Source: an uncultured Actinomycetes bacterium
GTDB lineage: Bacteria > Actinomycetota > Acidimicrobiia > IMCC26256 > PALSA-610
DNA length: 64,000 nucleotides
Assembly: GCA_963716525.1 (NCBI GenBank)
Contig: OY970315.1
Coordinates: forward strand, 3,996,682-4,060,681
Direction: 5' to 3'
Both the position numbers and the translations under genes were made by a program. The notes under the pieces are model-generated. The model made no database searches. It had not been told where the DNA came from and was given only the letters and a program-made list of their open reading frames with translations. The first letter of the stretch is position 1; every line of letters begins with the position of its first letter. Positions 1 to 10,778 of the stretch are shown here, one piece after another.

Positions 1-654
1 TGCCTTGCGCTGCGTAGCGCGCGTGGCGGCGAGCTCTTTGAGGTCGCGCTCGAGCTTCTGCACGCGCCGCAGGAGCCGCCGGCGGTCGACCTCGAGCTGC
101 GTCTCACCCGGACCCCTCGTGCCGATACCGCCCCCCTGCTGGCTGAGGGTGTGGCCGCGGCCGCGCAGGCGGGGCAGCCGGTAGCGGAGCTGCGCGAGCT
201 CCACCTGCACCATGCCCTCCTGGCTCGTGGCGTGTTGGGCGAAGATGTCGAGGATCAACGCCACCCGATCGACGACGTCGACCGCGAGCAAGCCTTCGAG
301 GTTGCGTTGCTGCGCGGGCGTCAACTCGTCGTCGAAGACGACCACGTCGACGTCGTGTGCGGCCGCGAGCTCGGCGAGCTCCCCGGCCTTGCCCGTGCCG
401 ACGTACGTGGCCGGCTCGGGCTTGTCGCGCCGTTGCAGCTCGCGATGCACCGGCTCGGCACCGGCGGTGGCGGTGAGGCGGGCGAGCTCGTCGAGCGACT
501 CGGCCGCGGCCTCGACGCTGCGGCCGACGGTGGTGCCCACGAGCAGCGCGCGCTGGCGGACGACGCCGAGGTCGACCTCGGTGGCGGTGAGGCGCCGTCG
601 CCCTCGGGCCACGTGCACGCCGTCGCGATTGCCGTTCCGGCCGTTCGCGCTCAT
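1..654 (-). CDS. hflX: GTPase HflX, N-terminal part (runs off left edge of window)
   Basis: Own translation of minus strand from ATG at 654: MSANGRNGNRDGVHVARG...GTGKAGELAELAAAHDVDVVVFDDELTPAQQRNLE...DRVALILDIFAQHATSQEGMVQVELAQLRYRLPRLRG...GGGIGTRGPGETQLEVDRRRL. This is the conserved HflX N-domain. ATGA start/stop overlap with dapF. Absent from ORF track because no stop lies inside the window. Confidence 0.85.
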   Translation of the reverse strand, partial: MSANGRNGNRDGVHVARGRRRLTATEVDLGVVRQRALLVGTTVGRSVEAAAESLDELARLTATAGAEPVHRELQRRDKPEPATYVGTGKAGELAELAAAHDVDVVVFDDELTPAQQRNLEGLLAVDVVDRVALILDIFAQHATSQEGMVQVELAQLRYRLPRLRGRGHTLSQQGGGIGTRGPGETQLEVDRRRLLRRVQKLERDLKELAATRATQRKA

Positions 655-1502
655 ACCAGGCGTTCCCGCTCGATCTCGACGTCGAACACGTGCTGCACCG
701 GCCCGCCGAGGTGGATCGTGTCACCGAGCTCGATCGCCAGCTCGCCGCCGGGCACGCGCATCGTGACGTCCGCGTCGACGAGGTTCCGGTGGCGCAGCGC
801 CGCCGCGGCCGCGCACGCCCCGGTGCCGCACGACAGTGTCTCACCGACGCCACGCTCCCACACGCGCATCGCCGCGTAGCTGCGGTCGCGCACCGCCACC
901 CATTCCACGTTCGTGCGTTGCGGGAAGCGCGCATCGTGCTCGAGCACCGGGCCGTGCTGCTCGACCGCAACCGCATCGACGTCGTCGACCTGCAGGACCA
1001 GATGCGGGTTGCCCATGCCCACGGCGTCGCCGTGATAGCGGGCTCCGTCGACCGCGGCGAGCACGTCGTGGGCGTCGGCTGCCTCGAACGGGATGGCGGC
1101 GGGCACGAACGTGGCGCTCCCCATGTCGACGTCGGCCGCGACCACACAGCCGTCAGGGCCACGCGTGAGCATGACGTCGCGGCGCCCGGCCGGCGTGAGC
1201 ACACGAAGCGCTCGGGCACTGCCGAGCCCGCGCCGGGCCGCGACCGCGGCGAGGCAGCGCATGCCGTTGCCGCTCATCTCCGCCACGCCGCCGTCGGCGT
1301 TACGGAGCGCGAACGTGCAGTCGGCGTCGCTGCCGGCAGGCGCCACGCCGAGCGTGATCACGCCGTCGGCACCGACACCGCGGTGGCGGTCGCAGAGCGC
1401 TACCGCCTCGCGGGCCGACAGCGGGGCGGCACCGGGCGTGGCGACGGCCACGAGGAAGTCGTTGCCCGTGGCCTGGTACTTGGAGAGCAGCAGTGTCGTC
1501 AT
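651..1502 (-). CDS. dapF: diaminopimelate epimerase
   Basis: 283-aa ORF MTTLLLSKYQATGNDFLV... with both catalytic Cys contexts (SGNGMRC and SCGTGACA). Conserved miaA-dapF-hflX order. Confidence 0.95.
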   Translation of the reverse strand: MTTLLLSKYQATGNDFLVAVATPGAAPLSAREAVALCDRHRGVGADGVITLGVAPAGSDADCTFALRNADGGVAEMSGNGMRCLAAVAARRGLGSARALRVLTPAGRRDVMLTRGPDGCVVAADVDMGSATFVPAAIPFEAADAHDVLAAVDGARYHGDAVGMGNPHLVLQVDDVDAVAVEQHGPVLEHDARFPQRTNVEWVAVRDRSYAAMRVWERGVGETLSCGTGACAAAAALRHRNLVDADVTMRVPGGELAIELGDTIHLGGPVQHVFDVEIERERLV

Positions 1503-1544
1503 CGCAATCAGATGTCCAACCGGCTCAGTCCGTCACGCATTCCA

Positions 1545-2499
1545 TCAGGCCATCAGGAATTCCGGCCGCCAGCTTGCCAGCACGGCGGCCGCGGTCGGGG
1601 CGACATTCCCGCCGTCGGGCCGGATCCAGCGCACACGCGGATCGCGCCGGAACCACATGCGCTGGCGGCGGGCAAAGCTGCGGGTGCGGCGCTCGGCGAG
1701 ATCGAACGCCGCGCCGGGCGCGAGCTCACCGCGCGTGGCTGCGAGAAGTTCCTTGTAGCCGATCGCCTGGCTCGCCGAGCGCGACATGCGCCCGTCGAGC
1801 CCGGCCACCTCACGCTCGAGCCCGCGATCGCGCATGGCGGCGATGCGGTGAGCGATGCCGCGTCGCGAGCTCGGCGCGACCTCGCCACACACCGATCATC
1901 GCGACGTCGAGCGCGGGCCGGGCCTCGAACACGCCGCGGCCGAAGTCCGAGAACGGCCGGCCGGTGCTGCGCACCACCTCGAGCGCGCGCACGATCCGCC
2001 GCTGGTTGTGCTCGTCGATCCGCGCCGCGGCCAACGGGTCGGCCGCGCGCAGCTCGGCCCATGCCGCGGCCAGCCCGCCGGGCTCGCTCGTCCATGCTTC
2101 CAGCTCGGCCCGTACCTCGAGATCCTGCACCGGGAGCGTGAGATCGTCGACAACCGCCTGCACGTAGAGGCCGCTGCCGCCCACCAGCACCGCGCGCCGC
2201 CCGCGCGACTCGATGCCGCGCACCGCGTCACGCGCCGCGGCCTGGGCCAGAGCCACCGACCACTCGCTTCCGGGATCGACGACGTCGACGAGATGGTGCG
2301 GGATCTCGTCGCGCTCGGCGGGTGCCGGCTTGGCGGTGCCGACGTCCATGCCGCGGTACACCTGCATGGCGTCGAGCGACACGATCTCGCAGTCACCAGC
2401 CCGCCGCGCGACCGCGAGCGCGAGGTCGCTCTTGCCCGCCGCTGTGGGTCCGACGATTGCCAGGTGCAGTGGACGGGGTGCGGACCGGCTCGCGCTCAC
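1545..2499 (-). pseudogene. miaA: tRNA dimethylallyltransferase MiaA, split by a 1-nt frameshift near 1860-1890 (probable assembly indel)
   Basis: N-part ORF 1810..2499 has the P-loop GPTAAGKSDLA and DAMQVYRGMDVGTAKP. C-part ORF 1545..1892 has RIAAMRDRGLEREV...AIGYKEL...RQRMWFRRD. The two parts overlap in different frames. The GTG start overlaps the miaB stop (GTGA). Confidence 0.85.
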
Positions 2500-3900
2500 A
2501 CGACTGTGACGGGGATACGGGTGCGGATGCGCGTCCCGATACGGGCCCGGTCACCGCGGGTGTGCGTGGCGACGATGTCGCCTTGCAGCCAGTGCGGCGC
2601 GGCGCGGGTGATCGCCACGTCGACGTCGTCACCCGGCTCCACCGCGTCGTGGCGCGGCGAAGTCCGCGAGCTTGTTCTGCGCGGTGCGACCCGACCACAC
2701 CTCTGGGTCCTTCTTCGACGGCCCGTCGACGAGCACCCGCTCGACCCGGCCCACCCGCATCGCGTGGGCCCGGTGGGCGCTCGCCTCCACGACGGCGACG
2801 AGCCGATCCATGCGCTCGCGGCACGTATCGGCGTCGACGAAGTCTGCGGTGAGCGCAGCAGCCTCGGTGCCGGGCCGGGGTGAGAAGACGAAGGTGTACG
2901 CCGAGTCGTAGCCGGCCTCGCGGGCGACGGCCAGGGTCGCCTCGAAGTCGTCGTCGGTCTCGCCGGGGAAGCCCACGATGATGTCGGTGGTGACGGCCAG
3001 GTCGGGCACCGCGGCCCGCGCCGCGCGCAGGCGCTCGAGGTAGCGGGCCGCCGTATAGCCCCGGTGCATGCGGGCCAGCACCCGGTCGCTGCCCGACTGC
3101 AACGGCAGGTGCAGATGGGGGCAGACGTGTTCGCATTCGGCCATCGCCGCGATCGTCTCGGCCCGGAGATCCTTCGGGTGCGGCGACGTGAAGCGGATGC
3201 GGTCGATCCCCTCGACGGCATCCACCGCACGCAGCAGGTCGGCGAACATCGGCCGGTACTGCCCGGCGCCCAGGTCACGCCCGTACGAGTTGACGTTCTG
3301 GCCGAGGAGCGTGATCTCGCGCACGCCGTCGGCCGCCAGCGCCTCGACCTCGTGCACGATGTCGCCCATCCGCCGGCTGACCTCGCGGCCCCGCACGGCC
3401 GGCACGATGCAGAACGCGCAGGAGTTGTCGCAGCCGATCTGGATCGTGACCCACGCGCGGTGGTCGACCTCGCGCCGGGCCGGCAGCGCGCTCGGGTAGG
3501 CCTCGTGCTCCTCGAGGATCTCCACGAGCGGGCCCTCCCGCGTCGCCCGATCGAGCAGCGCCGGGGCGTGGGCCAGGTTGTGGGTGCCGAACACCACGTC
3601 GACGTGGCCAGCCCGTTCCCGGATCAGCTCGCGATCCTTCTGGGCCAGGCAGCCACCGACCGCGATCTGCAGGCCGGGTCGGGCTGCCTTCAGCGCCTTC
3701 AGCCGTCCGAGCTGCCCGTAGAGCTTGTTGTCGGCGTTCTCGCGGATGCAGCACGTGTTGAGCACGACCACGTCGGCGTCCTCGACCCCGTCGGCCGCGA
3801 CCATCCCCTGTTCGGCGAGCAGCCCCGCGAGCCGTTCCGAGTCGTGCTCGTTCATCTGGCACCCGTACGTGCGCACGAAGTACCGCCGCGGTGCACCCAT
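2496..3900 (-). pseudogene. miaB: tRNA-i6A37 methylthiotransferase MiaB, frameshift near 2650-2670 (probable assembly indel)
   Basis: ORF 2629..3957 carries YFVRTYGCQMNEHDS, the radical-SAM motif CDNSCAFCIVP and GRTAQNKLADF. The TRAM-domain end (PRHDAVEPGDDVDVAITRAAPHWLQG) continues in the frame of ORF 2496..3278. Start chosen at MGAPRRYF (3900). Confidence 0.85.
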
Positions 3901-4110
3901 CGCCAAGCATCGTACGGGCTCCACCGCCGCCCGCCTCCGGCTCATGTCCCGGTGCACCCCCCGGCGCGGGCTCGGGTGCCGCCGGTAGTCCGGCGGACCC
4001 CGAGCCCATGCCGCCCGGGTGTGGCGCGGTCTCGTGGTGTGGTGCGGCGTGGTGTGGTGCTGGCGACGGCGGCGGAGCGCAGCCCGCGCCGCGCTGCGAG
4101 CGCCGAACGA

Positions 4111-6510
4111 TCAGTCCAGCGACTCGAGCTCCCCGTCGAGCTCCTCGTCGAGGTCCTCGGCGGCGAGATCGACGTCGGCATCGTCGCCGATGCCCGCCTC
4201 GATCCGGACCTTCTCGGTGATCTCGATCATGAGGTCGGGGTTCTCGCCGAGGAACTTCTTCACGTTCTCGCGGCCCTGGCCGAGCTGCTCGCCCTCGTAG
4301 GTGAACCAGGCCCCCGACTTCTTGATGATGCCGAGGTCGACCGCGACGTCGAGCAGCGAGCCCTCACGGCTGATGCCCCGCCCGAACGCGATGTCGAACT
4401 CGGCCTGGCGGAACGGTGGGGCGCAGTTGTGTACGACCACACCCTCGGCCACGAAGTTATGGAGCTCCGGGACTTCGATGTCGAACGTTGCCGTCACCTC
4501 CGCCGGGTCAACAGCCACGATCCGGTCGTACCACAGCTGCTCCGCGAGCACCTCGCGCAGGAAGCCGCTGTCGAGTGCCTCAGCAAGAGGCTCCAGCCGG
4601 TCGCGACGGATACGACCGACACCGAGGACGCTGCGGAATCCACCAACCGGATCACCGGCACGTTCGCCGATCATCGCCGCGGCTTGCGACGGCGTCACAC
4701 CGAGCCGCACGAGATACTCGATGACCGCCGCACTGTGGCACGCCGGCAGATAGTTGGTCTGCGAACCACGGTGCTTCGCGAGCTCAGGCCGCGCCAGTTC
4801 CATCGCTAGTACCTGGCCTCGTGGCCCCCACATCGGGACCGCCTCGGCGAAACGAGCCACGTTGTCGATGCCGCTGATGCGCACCTCGAAGGCGGGCAGC
4901 TTCGCCCCCACCTTGCGGCCCCCGATGATGCTCGGGCGCCGGCCCGTCGGGTCGTACGAGCGCACCGATGACCAGATACCGAACCGCAGCAACAGCCAGT
5001 GCACCTGATGTGCGAGCTGTTCGGACGTCGTCGTGTAGCCGACACGAAGCCCACCGGTCTGCTCACGGCTGACCCACCCGTCCGTTTCGAGCAAGCCGAA
5101 CAGCAGGTTCGCCACGACCACTTCGCTCACGTCCGTGGCAAACAGCTCCGCAGGGATCCGCTTCGTCGGGGCAGTGTGCCCCCAGATGCCGGCCCAGCGA
5201 GCGAGCTCCAGCAACCCATTCTTCTCGCCAGGGCGATGGGAGAACGCCGTCTCGATCCCGCGACGGCGCGCGCCGCATCCGAGCGACGACGCGATCTGAA
5301 TGGCGTCCTCTTGCAGCTCCTCGCGGATGTTCGTGAAGGCAATCGGCGTCTTGCCGCCCACGTAGCCGTCGCCGATGAGGTAGCCGAGGATCCGAGCCTG
5401 TTCCGGCGTGATGGGTTCACTCTGTCCGAACCCGCCAACTTGCCGCGGCCGGGCGACGCGATCGCCAACGCCAAGCTCGCCGGCATCTCGCCATCCCGAT
5501 TCGGTGAGCACGGGATGATCCGCCGTGACGCGTAGCACCGTGCCGTCTCGGAGCCGGAGACCAATGACCTCCTGAGTGCCCTGGTCCATCAGGTCACGGA
5601 TCGAGCGCACGTGCACGATGCCGGCCTTGTCCGCGGCCGCCACGTCGATGCCGCGGCCGTCGCGCACCACGTCTTCGATGCAATGGAGCGTTCCGGTTGT
5701 CGGGTCGAACACACGCGTGCCTTCGGCGAGGCATTTGTTCTTGGCGACCTTCACCCGCACGCGGTTGCCGACGACCTCGGCGCCGTCCTTGATGCTCTCC
5801 ACCCGGCGGATGTCGAGCCGGACCGAGCTGTAGAACTTCAGCGCCCGCCCGCCCGGCGTGGTCTCGGGAGACCCGAACATCACACCGATCTTCTCCCGCA
5901 GCTGGTTGATGAAGATCGCGATCGTCTCGGTCTTGTTGAGGTTGCCGGTGAGCTTGCGCAGGGCCTGGCTCATCAACCGGGCCTGGAGGCCGACGTGGGT
6001 GTCGCCCATCTCGCCTTCGATCTCGGCGCGGGGCACGAGCGCGGCCACCGAGTCGATCACGACCACGTCGAGCGCGCCCGAGCGAATGAGCATGTCGGCG
6101 ATCTCGAGGGCCTGCTCCCCGGTGTCGGGCTGGCTGATCAGCAGCTCGTCGACGTTGACGCCGATCGCCCGGGCGTAGACCGGGTCCATCGCGTGCTCGG
6201 CATCGATGTAGGCGCACACACCGCCGTTGCGCTGCGCCTCCGCGACCACGTGCGTGGCCAGCGTCGACTTGCCCGAGCTCTCCGGGCCGTAGATCTCGAC
6301 GATGCGCCCGCGCGGCAGGCCGCCGATGCCCAGGGCCAGGTCGAGCGCGAGCGCCCCGGTGGAGATCGCCGCCACGCCGGTGGTGGCCTTCTCGCCCAAG
6401 CGCATGATCGAGCCTTTGCCGAACTGCTTGTCGATCTGTGCCAGGGCCATGTCGAGTGCCTTCTCGCGTTCCACCGTGTCACCTTTCTGTGCCGTCACCG
6501 ACGGTCTCAT
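4111..6510 (-). CDS. recA: recombinase RecA precursor containing an intein (259-aa N-extein + 436-aa intein + 104-aa C-extein)
   Basis: From ATG 6510: [39 protein letters not shown]...[11 protein letters not shown] (Walker A)...VRVKVAKNK | CLAEGTR...VVVHN | [26 protein letters not shown]... The ORF-track ORF extends upstream to 7266, but that part has Arg/Pro-rich shadow composition. Confidence 0.95.
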   Translation of the reverse strand: MRPSVTAQKGDTVEREKALDMALAQIDKQFGKGSIMRLGEKATTGVAAISTGALALDLALGIGGLPRGRIVEIYGPESSGKSTLATHVVAEAQRNGGVCAYIDAEHAMDPVYARAIGVNVDELLISQPDTGEQALEIADMLIRSGALDVVVIDSVAALVPRAEIEGEMGDTHVGLQARLMSQALRKLTGNLNKTETIAIFINQLREKIGVMFGSPETTPGGRALKFYSSVRLDIRRVESIKDGAEVVGNRVRVKVAKNKCLAEGTRVFDPTTGTLHCIEDVVRDGRGIDVAAADKAGIVHVRSIRDLMDQGTQEVIGLRLRDGTVLRVTADHPVLTESGWRDAGELGVGDRVARPRQVGGFGQSEPITPEQARILGYLIGDGYVGGKTPIAFTNIREELQEDAIQIASSLGCGARRRGIETAFSHRPGEKNGLLELARWAGIWGHTAPTKRIPAELFATDVSEVVVANLLFGLLETDGWVSREQTGGLRVGYTTTSEQLAHQVHWLLLRFGIWSSVRSYDPTGRRPSIIGGRKVGAKLPAFEVRISGIDNVARFAEAVPMWGPRGQVLAMELARPELAKHRGSQTNYLPACHSAAVIEYLVRLGVTPSQAAAMIGERAGDPVGGFRSVLGVGRIRRDRLEPLAEALDSGFLREVLAEQLWYDRIVAVDPAEVTATFDIEVPELHNFVAEGVVVHNCAPPFRQAEFDIAFGRGISREGSLLDVAVDLGIIKKSGAWFTYEGEQLGQGRENVKKFLGENPDLMIEITEKVRIEAGIGDDADVDLAAEDLDEELDGELESLD
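4426..5733 (-). mobile_element. RecA intein with LAGLIDADG homing-endonuclease domain
   Basis: Starts with Cys ([23 protein letters not shown]). Block B is TADHPVLT. Two LAGLIDADG motifs ([24 protein letters not shown]). Ends VVVHN followed by Cys+1. 1308 nt is exactly 436 codons, so removal restores a contiguous RecA. Confidence 0.9.
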
Positions 6511-6548
6511 GACTGCTCGTTCCCGGGGGAGGTTGGGGGGACGTCTCG

Positions 6549-6571
6549 AACATAAAGAGGGGCTCGGACAA
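6549..6571 (-). promoter_or_regulatory. candidate RecA-NDp (PafBC-type, LexA-independent) promoter upstream of recA
   Basis: Minus strand reads TTGTCCGAG-CCCCTCTT-TATGTT. This matches the actinobacterial motif tTGTCRgtg-N8-TAnnnT in both sequence and spacing. The -10 element ends about 38 nt upstream of the recA ATG. Confidence 0.45.
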
Positions 6572-6685
6572 CCGTTCGTGACCCTGCTCGGACGCTCGGG
6601 CGCTCGACATGCCGGACTCCTCCTCGGGCAAATCCCGAAGGTGGAATTCCAACGGTGTGACTCTATGCCACGAACGGGTGTTCGG

Positions 6686-7789
6686 TCAAGCGTCGTCGCC
6701 GGACGGTGGGCCGGACGGTGGGCCGGACGGTGTGCCGGACGATGCGCCGGACGGTGGGCCGAACGGCGGCTCGAGGTACCGGGGGCCGTCGGCAAGAAGC
6801 CGCCCGTGGCAGCGCCGGTGACCGGCCGCGGGCCCGAGCGATAGCTCGCAGCGCGCCGAGTAGGCGAGCACCCACAGCGCCGCCCCGCCCGCGGCCGCCC
6901 ACTGCACCGCGGTGAACGGCGCGCCGCTCGCTCGCTCGTAGTCGCGCACGTACCCCGCGACCTCCTCGGGCGAGGGCGCGAGTGCCTCGCCCGGCTCGGC
7001 GAGCGCGTTCCACGTGACCGCCGCCTGCGCCACCGCGACCGATTCGGCGACGATCGCGAGGCTGTCCCAGTCGAACACCGCGCACACCCCGTCCGCTTCG
7101 AAGCGCACGTTGCGCGCCGCGAAGTCAGTGTGCGCGACGACGGGCGCGTGATCGTCGAGCGCGCGCACCCGCACGGCCTGCCGCGCGAGCGCGTCGACGT
7201 GGCGCGTCGCCGCGGTGTCGATCGTGAAGTCGAACATCGGATTGTGCGGTTCCGGATACAGCGCACCGTCGCCCGGCGTATCGAGCGGGTGCGGCGAGAG
7301 TCCTTCCACCTGGTCGGCCGGGAGTTGCGCGGCGAGCTCCACGATGCGAGCGAGCGCGGCCGCCGATTGCGGGCGGGCGCGGGCGGCCGGGACCCGCGCG
7401 CCGGGATCGTGGAGCAGCGTCTCGGCCCCGGCGATGCCGCGCCCGATCGGTGCAGGCGCGCCGACGGGCACCGGCGCCGGGAACCCGTGAGCTGCGAGAT
7501 GCGCCTGCGCCTGGCGGGCGGCGGCCACGAAGCGCGCCGGGTAGCGCGGCGGCAGGGCCTTGACCACGACGTCCCGGCCGCCGGCGAGCGTCAACGCGGC
7601 CACGGCGCCCACCGACACGCGGTACCAGCGCGCGGCCTCCACGGCGGCGCCGAGCTGGCGGCGCGTCCATTCGTCGAACAGGCGAGCGACGGCGTGCGGG
7701 TCGTCGGTGCCGAACACGATGTGCTCGACCTGCGAGCCCTGCGCGGCGATCGAGCGCTCGATGTGCCGGGCCAGGCCCTCGCGTGTCAC
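6686..7789 (-). CDS. phosphotransferase (APH/choline-kinase-like) family protein
   Basis: Catalytic-loop-like [13 protein letters not shown] and FDWDS motifs. The GTG start at 7789 overlaps the thpR stop (GTGA). The C-terminus is a PSG-rich repeat. Confidence 0.7.
   Translation of the reverse strand: MTREGLARHIERSIAAQGSQVEHIVFGTDDPHAVARLFDEWTRRQLGAAVEAARWYRVSVGAVAALTLAGGRDVVVKALPPRYPARFVAAARQAQAHLAAHGFPAPVPVGAPAPIGRGIAGAETLLHDPGARVPAARARPQSAAALARIVELAAQLPADQVEGLSPHPLDTPGDGALYPEPHNPMFDFTIDTAATRHVDALARQAVRVRALDDHAPVVAHTDFAARNVRFEADGVCAVFDWDSLAIVAESVAVAQAAVTWNALAEPGEALAPSPEEVAGYVRDYERASGAPFTAVQWAAAGGAALWVLAYSARCELSLGPAAGHRRCHGRLLADGPRYLEPPFGPPSGASSGTPSGPPSGPPSGDDA
6698..6769. repeat. 6 x 12-bp tandem repeat (gccggacggtgg) inside the 3' end of the phosphotransferase gene
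   Basis: Read directly from the sequence. Encodes [20 protein letters not shown] on the minus strand. Confidence 0.9.
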
Positions 7790-8355
7790 GTGGCCGTGAC
7801 TCGACCGTGCACGCGATGGCGGGCCGGCCCGCGACCGAGCATGCTCTCCACGAGCAGCACCTCGGTCACCGTCCACGCCGGACCGACGCGGTCCGGACCG
7901 ACGCGGTCCGGACCGGGCCGGTGCACCAGCCCACGCACGTCGGCCGGGCGGCCGAAACGAGCGACGGTGAGATGGGGCCGGTACGGCGCGCCGTCTACCG
8001 GGGCCATCGCGGCGGTCGCCGCGCGCACCGCGCCGGCGAGCGCGATCAGCGGCGCACAGCCCTCGGCGACACCGAACCACAGCACCCTCGCTCGCGACGG
8101 CCGGGAGAACGCGCCGACGCCGCCGAGCCGCACGTCGAACGGCGCGAACGACACGGTCCGCAACGCGGCCGCGGCCGCGTCGAGGTCGGCCTCGTCGCCG
8201 AGGAACCGCAGCGTGAGGTGCCACTGCTCACGCGGCGCCCAGCGCGCCTGCGTCCTCACGTTCGCGGGGCAGGTGGCGCGCAGCCCGTCGGCCGCGCGGC
8301 TCACGGCATCCAGGACTGGCTCGGGTGGCAGGACGGCGACGAACGCGCGCGCCAT
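7786..8355 (-). CDS. thpR: RNA 2',3'-cyclic phosphodiesterase (2H phosphoesterase, ThpR/LigT)
   Basis: Two H-x-T-x motifs (HLTLRF and HLTVARF) at typical spacing. Start at MARAFVAVLPP. Confidence 0.8.
   Translation of the reverse strand: MARAFVAVLPPEPVLDAVSRAADGLRATCPANVRTQARWAPREQWHLTLRFLGDEADLDAAAAALRTVSFAPFDVRLGGVGAFSRPSRARVLWFGVAEGCAPLIALAGAVRAATAAMAPVDGAPYRPHLTVARFGRPADVRGLVHRPGPDRVGPDRVGPAWTVTEVLLVESMLGRGPARHRVHGRVTAT
7878..7922. repeat. 3 x 15-bp tandem repeat (ccggaccgacgcggt) inside thpR
   Basis: Read directly from the sequence. Encodes GPDRVGPDRVGP in frame. Confidence 0.9.
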
Positions 8356-8438
8356 GGGAGGCCAGCGTAGGAGTCCGTGGTACTGCGTGTGGCAGCTCTT
8401 CCTGACATACGCAGTACCACGGCCGAGGACCGGCCGGC

Positions 8439-8792
8439 TCAGCAGACGCACACGCAGAATTCGTTGCCCTCGGGATCGGCCATCACGACCCAGCCGCCCT
8501 CACCGAACTCCTCGATGAATCCGCTCCGGCGCGTGGCGCCCAGCGCTTCGAGCCGGGCGACCTCGGCCTCGACGTCGAAGCCCGCCTCGTGATCGAGGTC
8601 GAGGTGCAGCCGGTTCTTGACCGTCTTCGGTTCCGGGACCTGCTGCAGGATCAGCTTCGGGCCGGGGCCCGACTCCGGCACGAACGAGCGGTACTGCTGC
8701 ACCGAACCCTTGCGCCGGTACCCGAGCGCGGCGCACCAGAACGCCTCCATGCGATCGAGGTCGGCCACGTCGAGATTCAGCGTGATGTGCAC
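8439..8792 (-). CDS. VOC/glyoxalase-like domain protein
   Basis: 117-aa ORF with LHLDLD...EAEVARLEALGA...GGWVVMADPEGNEFCV, typical of small glyoxalase-like proteins. Confidence 0.7.
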   Translation of the reverse strand: MHITLNLDVADLDRMEAFWCAALGYRRKGSVQQYRSFVPESGPGPKLILQQVPEPKTVKNRLHLDLDHEAGFDVEAEVARLEALGATRRSGFIEEFGEGGWVVMADPEGNEFCVCVC

Positions 8793-8810
8793 GGCATCCT
8801 CCTCACGGGC

Positions 8811-10060
8811 TCAGGCCACAGCACCGATCGTGTCGAGCCGCAACCGCAGCAGGTTCAGCAGCGAGATCGTGGCGAACTGGCGGACGCGATCGCGATCGCC
8901 CGGCAGGCGCGTCGTGACCGCCTCCGTGGGCCGGCCGGGCAACGCCATGGCGAAGCACACCGTGCCCACGGCGACGCCGTCCTGCTCGGTGGGCCCCGCG
9001 ACGCCGGTGGCCGCGAGCCCGACGTCGCACTGCAGCAGCCGCCGCGCGCCCTCGGCCATCTCCTTCGCCGCGGTCTCGGTGACCACCGACGGCTCCATCA
9101 CGTCGAGGACGTTGCGCTTCACGTCGGTGGCGTACGACACCAGGGCGCCCTTGAACACCTCGCTCGCGCCGGGCACGTTCACGATGCGCGAGCTGATCAG
9201 CCCGCCGGTGAGCGACTCGGCGACGCCGAGTGTCCAGCCCCGCCCCCGCAGCCGGTCGAGCACCGCGAACTCCATCGTCTCGTCGTCGACGCCGAAGACC
9301 AGATCACCGAGCACCGCCCTGAGCTCGATCTCCTCGGCCCGCGCGAGCGCACCCGCCTCCTCGGTTGTGGCGCCCTTCGCCGTCACGCGCACGACCAGCC
9401 CTTCGATGCCGCGAGCGAGGAACGCGATCGTGGGGTTCCCGGCCGCCTCGAGCGCGTCGAGCCGGTGCGCCACCATCTCGGCCAGGGCCGACTCGCTCGT
9501 GCCCCATGTCTTCAGCACCCGCGAGACGATCGCCGACGTCTCGCCGCTGCCGCGAGTAGATCGGGAAGCACGTGCTCACCGATCATCTTCTGCATCTCGT
9601 ACGGCACACCCGGCACCGCGTAGATCACCTTGCCGTCCACCTCGCCGCGCACGCCCGGCGCGGTGCCGATCGGGTTCGGGATGGGGTCGGCGCCCTTCGG
9701 CACATCGGCCTGCCGCAGGTTGTTCTGCGGCATGTCGCGCAGGCGCATCTTGAACATGGCGGCGATCTGCTCGCCGAGCTCCTCCCGCCGCTCGAGCGGC
9801 ACGCCCATCACCTCGGCGATCGCCTCACGGGTGACGTCGTCCTGCGTGGGTCCGAGACCGCCGCACACGATCAGCGCGTCGGAGCGCGCGAGCAGCTCAC
9901 GCATCGCCCCGACCATGCGCGACAGGTTGTCGCCGACGACGCGATGCTCGTAGCTGTCGATGCCGTGCTCGGCGAGCCGCTCTCCGATCCACGCCGAGTT
10001 CGTGTCGACGATCTGGCCGAGCAACAGCTCGGTGCCGATGGCGAGGACTTCACAGCGCAT
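8811..10060 (-). pseudogene. cinA: competence/damage-inducible protein CinA (MoCF + nicotinamide-nucleotide amidase domains), frameshift near 9541-9556
   Basis: ORF 9512..10060 is the N-domain (MRCEVLAIGTELLLGQIVDTNSAWI...GGLGPTQDD). ORF 8811..9518 is the C-domain (LKTWGTSESALAE...ESLTGGL...GVAGP). The expected junction SGETSAIVSRVLKTWG is readable in the second frame. Confidence 0.85.
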
Positions 10061-10069
10061 CGGCGAAAT

Positions 10070-10744
10070 CTAGATGGAAGTTCGCGCCAGGACCCACAGC
10101 CACTGCTCGGGCCCGAACGGCGTCTCGTCGCCGACGAGCGCGTGGTGCTCGACGTCGAAGCCGGCCGCCCGGAGCAGCTCGACGGTGTCGTCGACCGTGT
10201 AGCTGTTCGTGAACGACGACGCGCCCGCGAAGCCGAGGAAGTCCACCTCGTCGAAGCCGGCCGAGTCGCTCCGGCCGAGCGCGGCGAGGAACCAGCCTCC
10301 CGGACGCAGCCAGTGCACGAACCGCGCGAGCAGCTCGGGGTAGGTGCCGCGCGGCACGTGGGTGAGCGAGAAGAGCGCCACGATCGCGTCGAGCGAACCT
10401 TCCGCGAGACCGTCGTAGCCGGTGATGTCGGCAACCTCGAAGCGGGCGCCCGGAACCTGCTCGCGCGCGAGCTCGACCTGCCGGGCCGACACGTCCACCC
10501 CGACCACGTGATGCCCGAGCGCGGTCAGCGCCGCGGCGGTCGGCACGCCCGACCCGCAGCCGGCGTCGAGCACGCGCGATCCGGGCGCGAGACGCTCGAC
10601 GAGCCGCGCCGTCCATTCGGCACGCGGGTCGCCGTCGCGCGCGACACGCACGGCCGCGAGGTATCCGTCGGCGATCGTGTCGTAGCCGCGCCGCACGATC
10701 TCGACGATCTCGTCGTGGCTGCGCCCTTCGGGCGACTCGGGCAT
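10070..10744 (-). CDS. class I SAM-dependent methyltransferase
   Basis: Motif I VLDAGCGSGVPT and post-I/II motifs (VGVDVS, LRPGGWF). Start chosen at the internal M (MPESPE), which avoids overlap with pgsA. Confidence 0.75.
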   Translation of the reverse strand: MPESPEGRSHDEIVEIVRRGYDTIADGYLAAVRVARDGDPRAEWTARLVERLAPGSRVLDAGCGSGVPTAAALTALGHHVVGVDVSARQVELAREQVPGARFEVADITGYDGLAEGSLDAIVALFSLTHVPRGTYPELLARFVHWLRPGGWFLAALGRSDSAGFDEVDFLGFAGASSFTNSYTVDDTVELLRAAGFDVEHHALVGDETPFGPEQWLWVLARTSI

Positions 10745-10778
10745 CGCAGGCGACCCGACCGTTTCCGCGACTGCGCGA

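Noticed and set aside
4009-4110. recX gene or regulatory RNA in the recA-miaB spacer (contains gtggtgtggtgc x2)
   Set aside because: The spacer is only about 210 nt between the recA stop and the miaB start. It holds no ORF with RecX-like sequence, and the 12-bp duplication alone does not support a feature call.
6546-6580. LexA SOS box upstream of recA
   Set aside because: Only one TCGAAC half-site is present. The nearest GTTCG-like sequence is about 22 nt away, not the N4 spacing of the actinobacterial Cheo-type box.
6511-7266. 5' extension of the recA ORF (ORF track 4111..7266, 1051 aa)
   Set aside because: The extension has Arg/Pro/Ser-rich nonsense-like composition and overlaps the credible phosphotransferase gene. 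RecA homology starts exactly at the ATG at 6510, which is preceded by a purine-rich RBS-like stretch.
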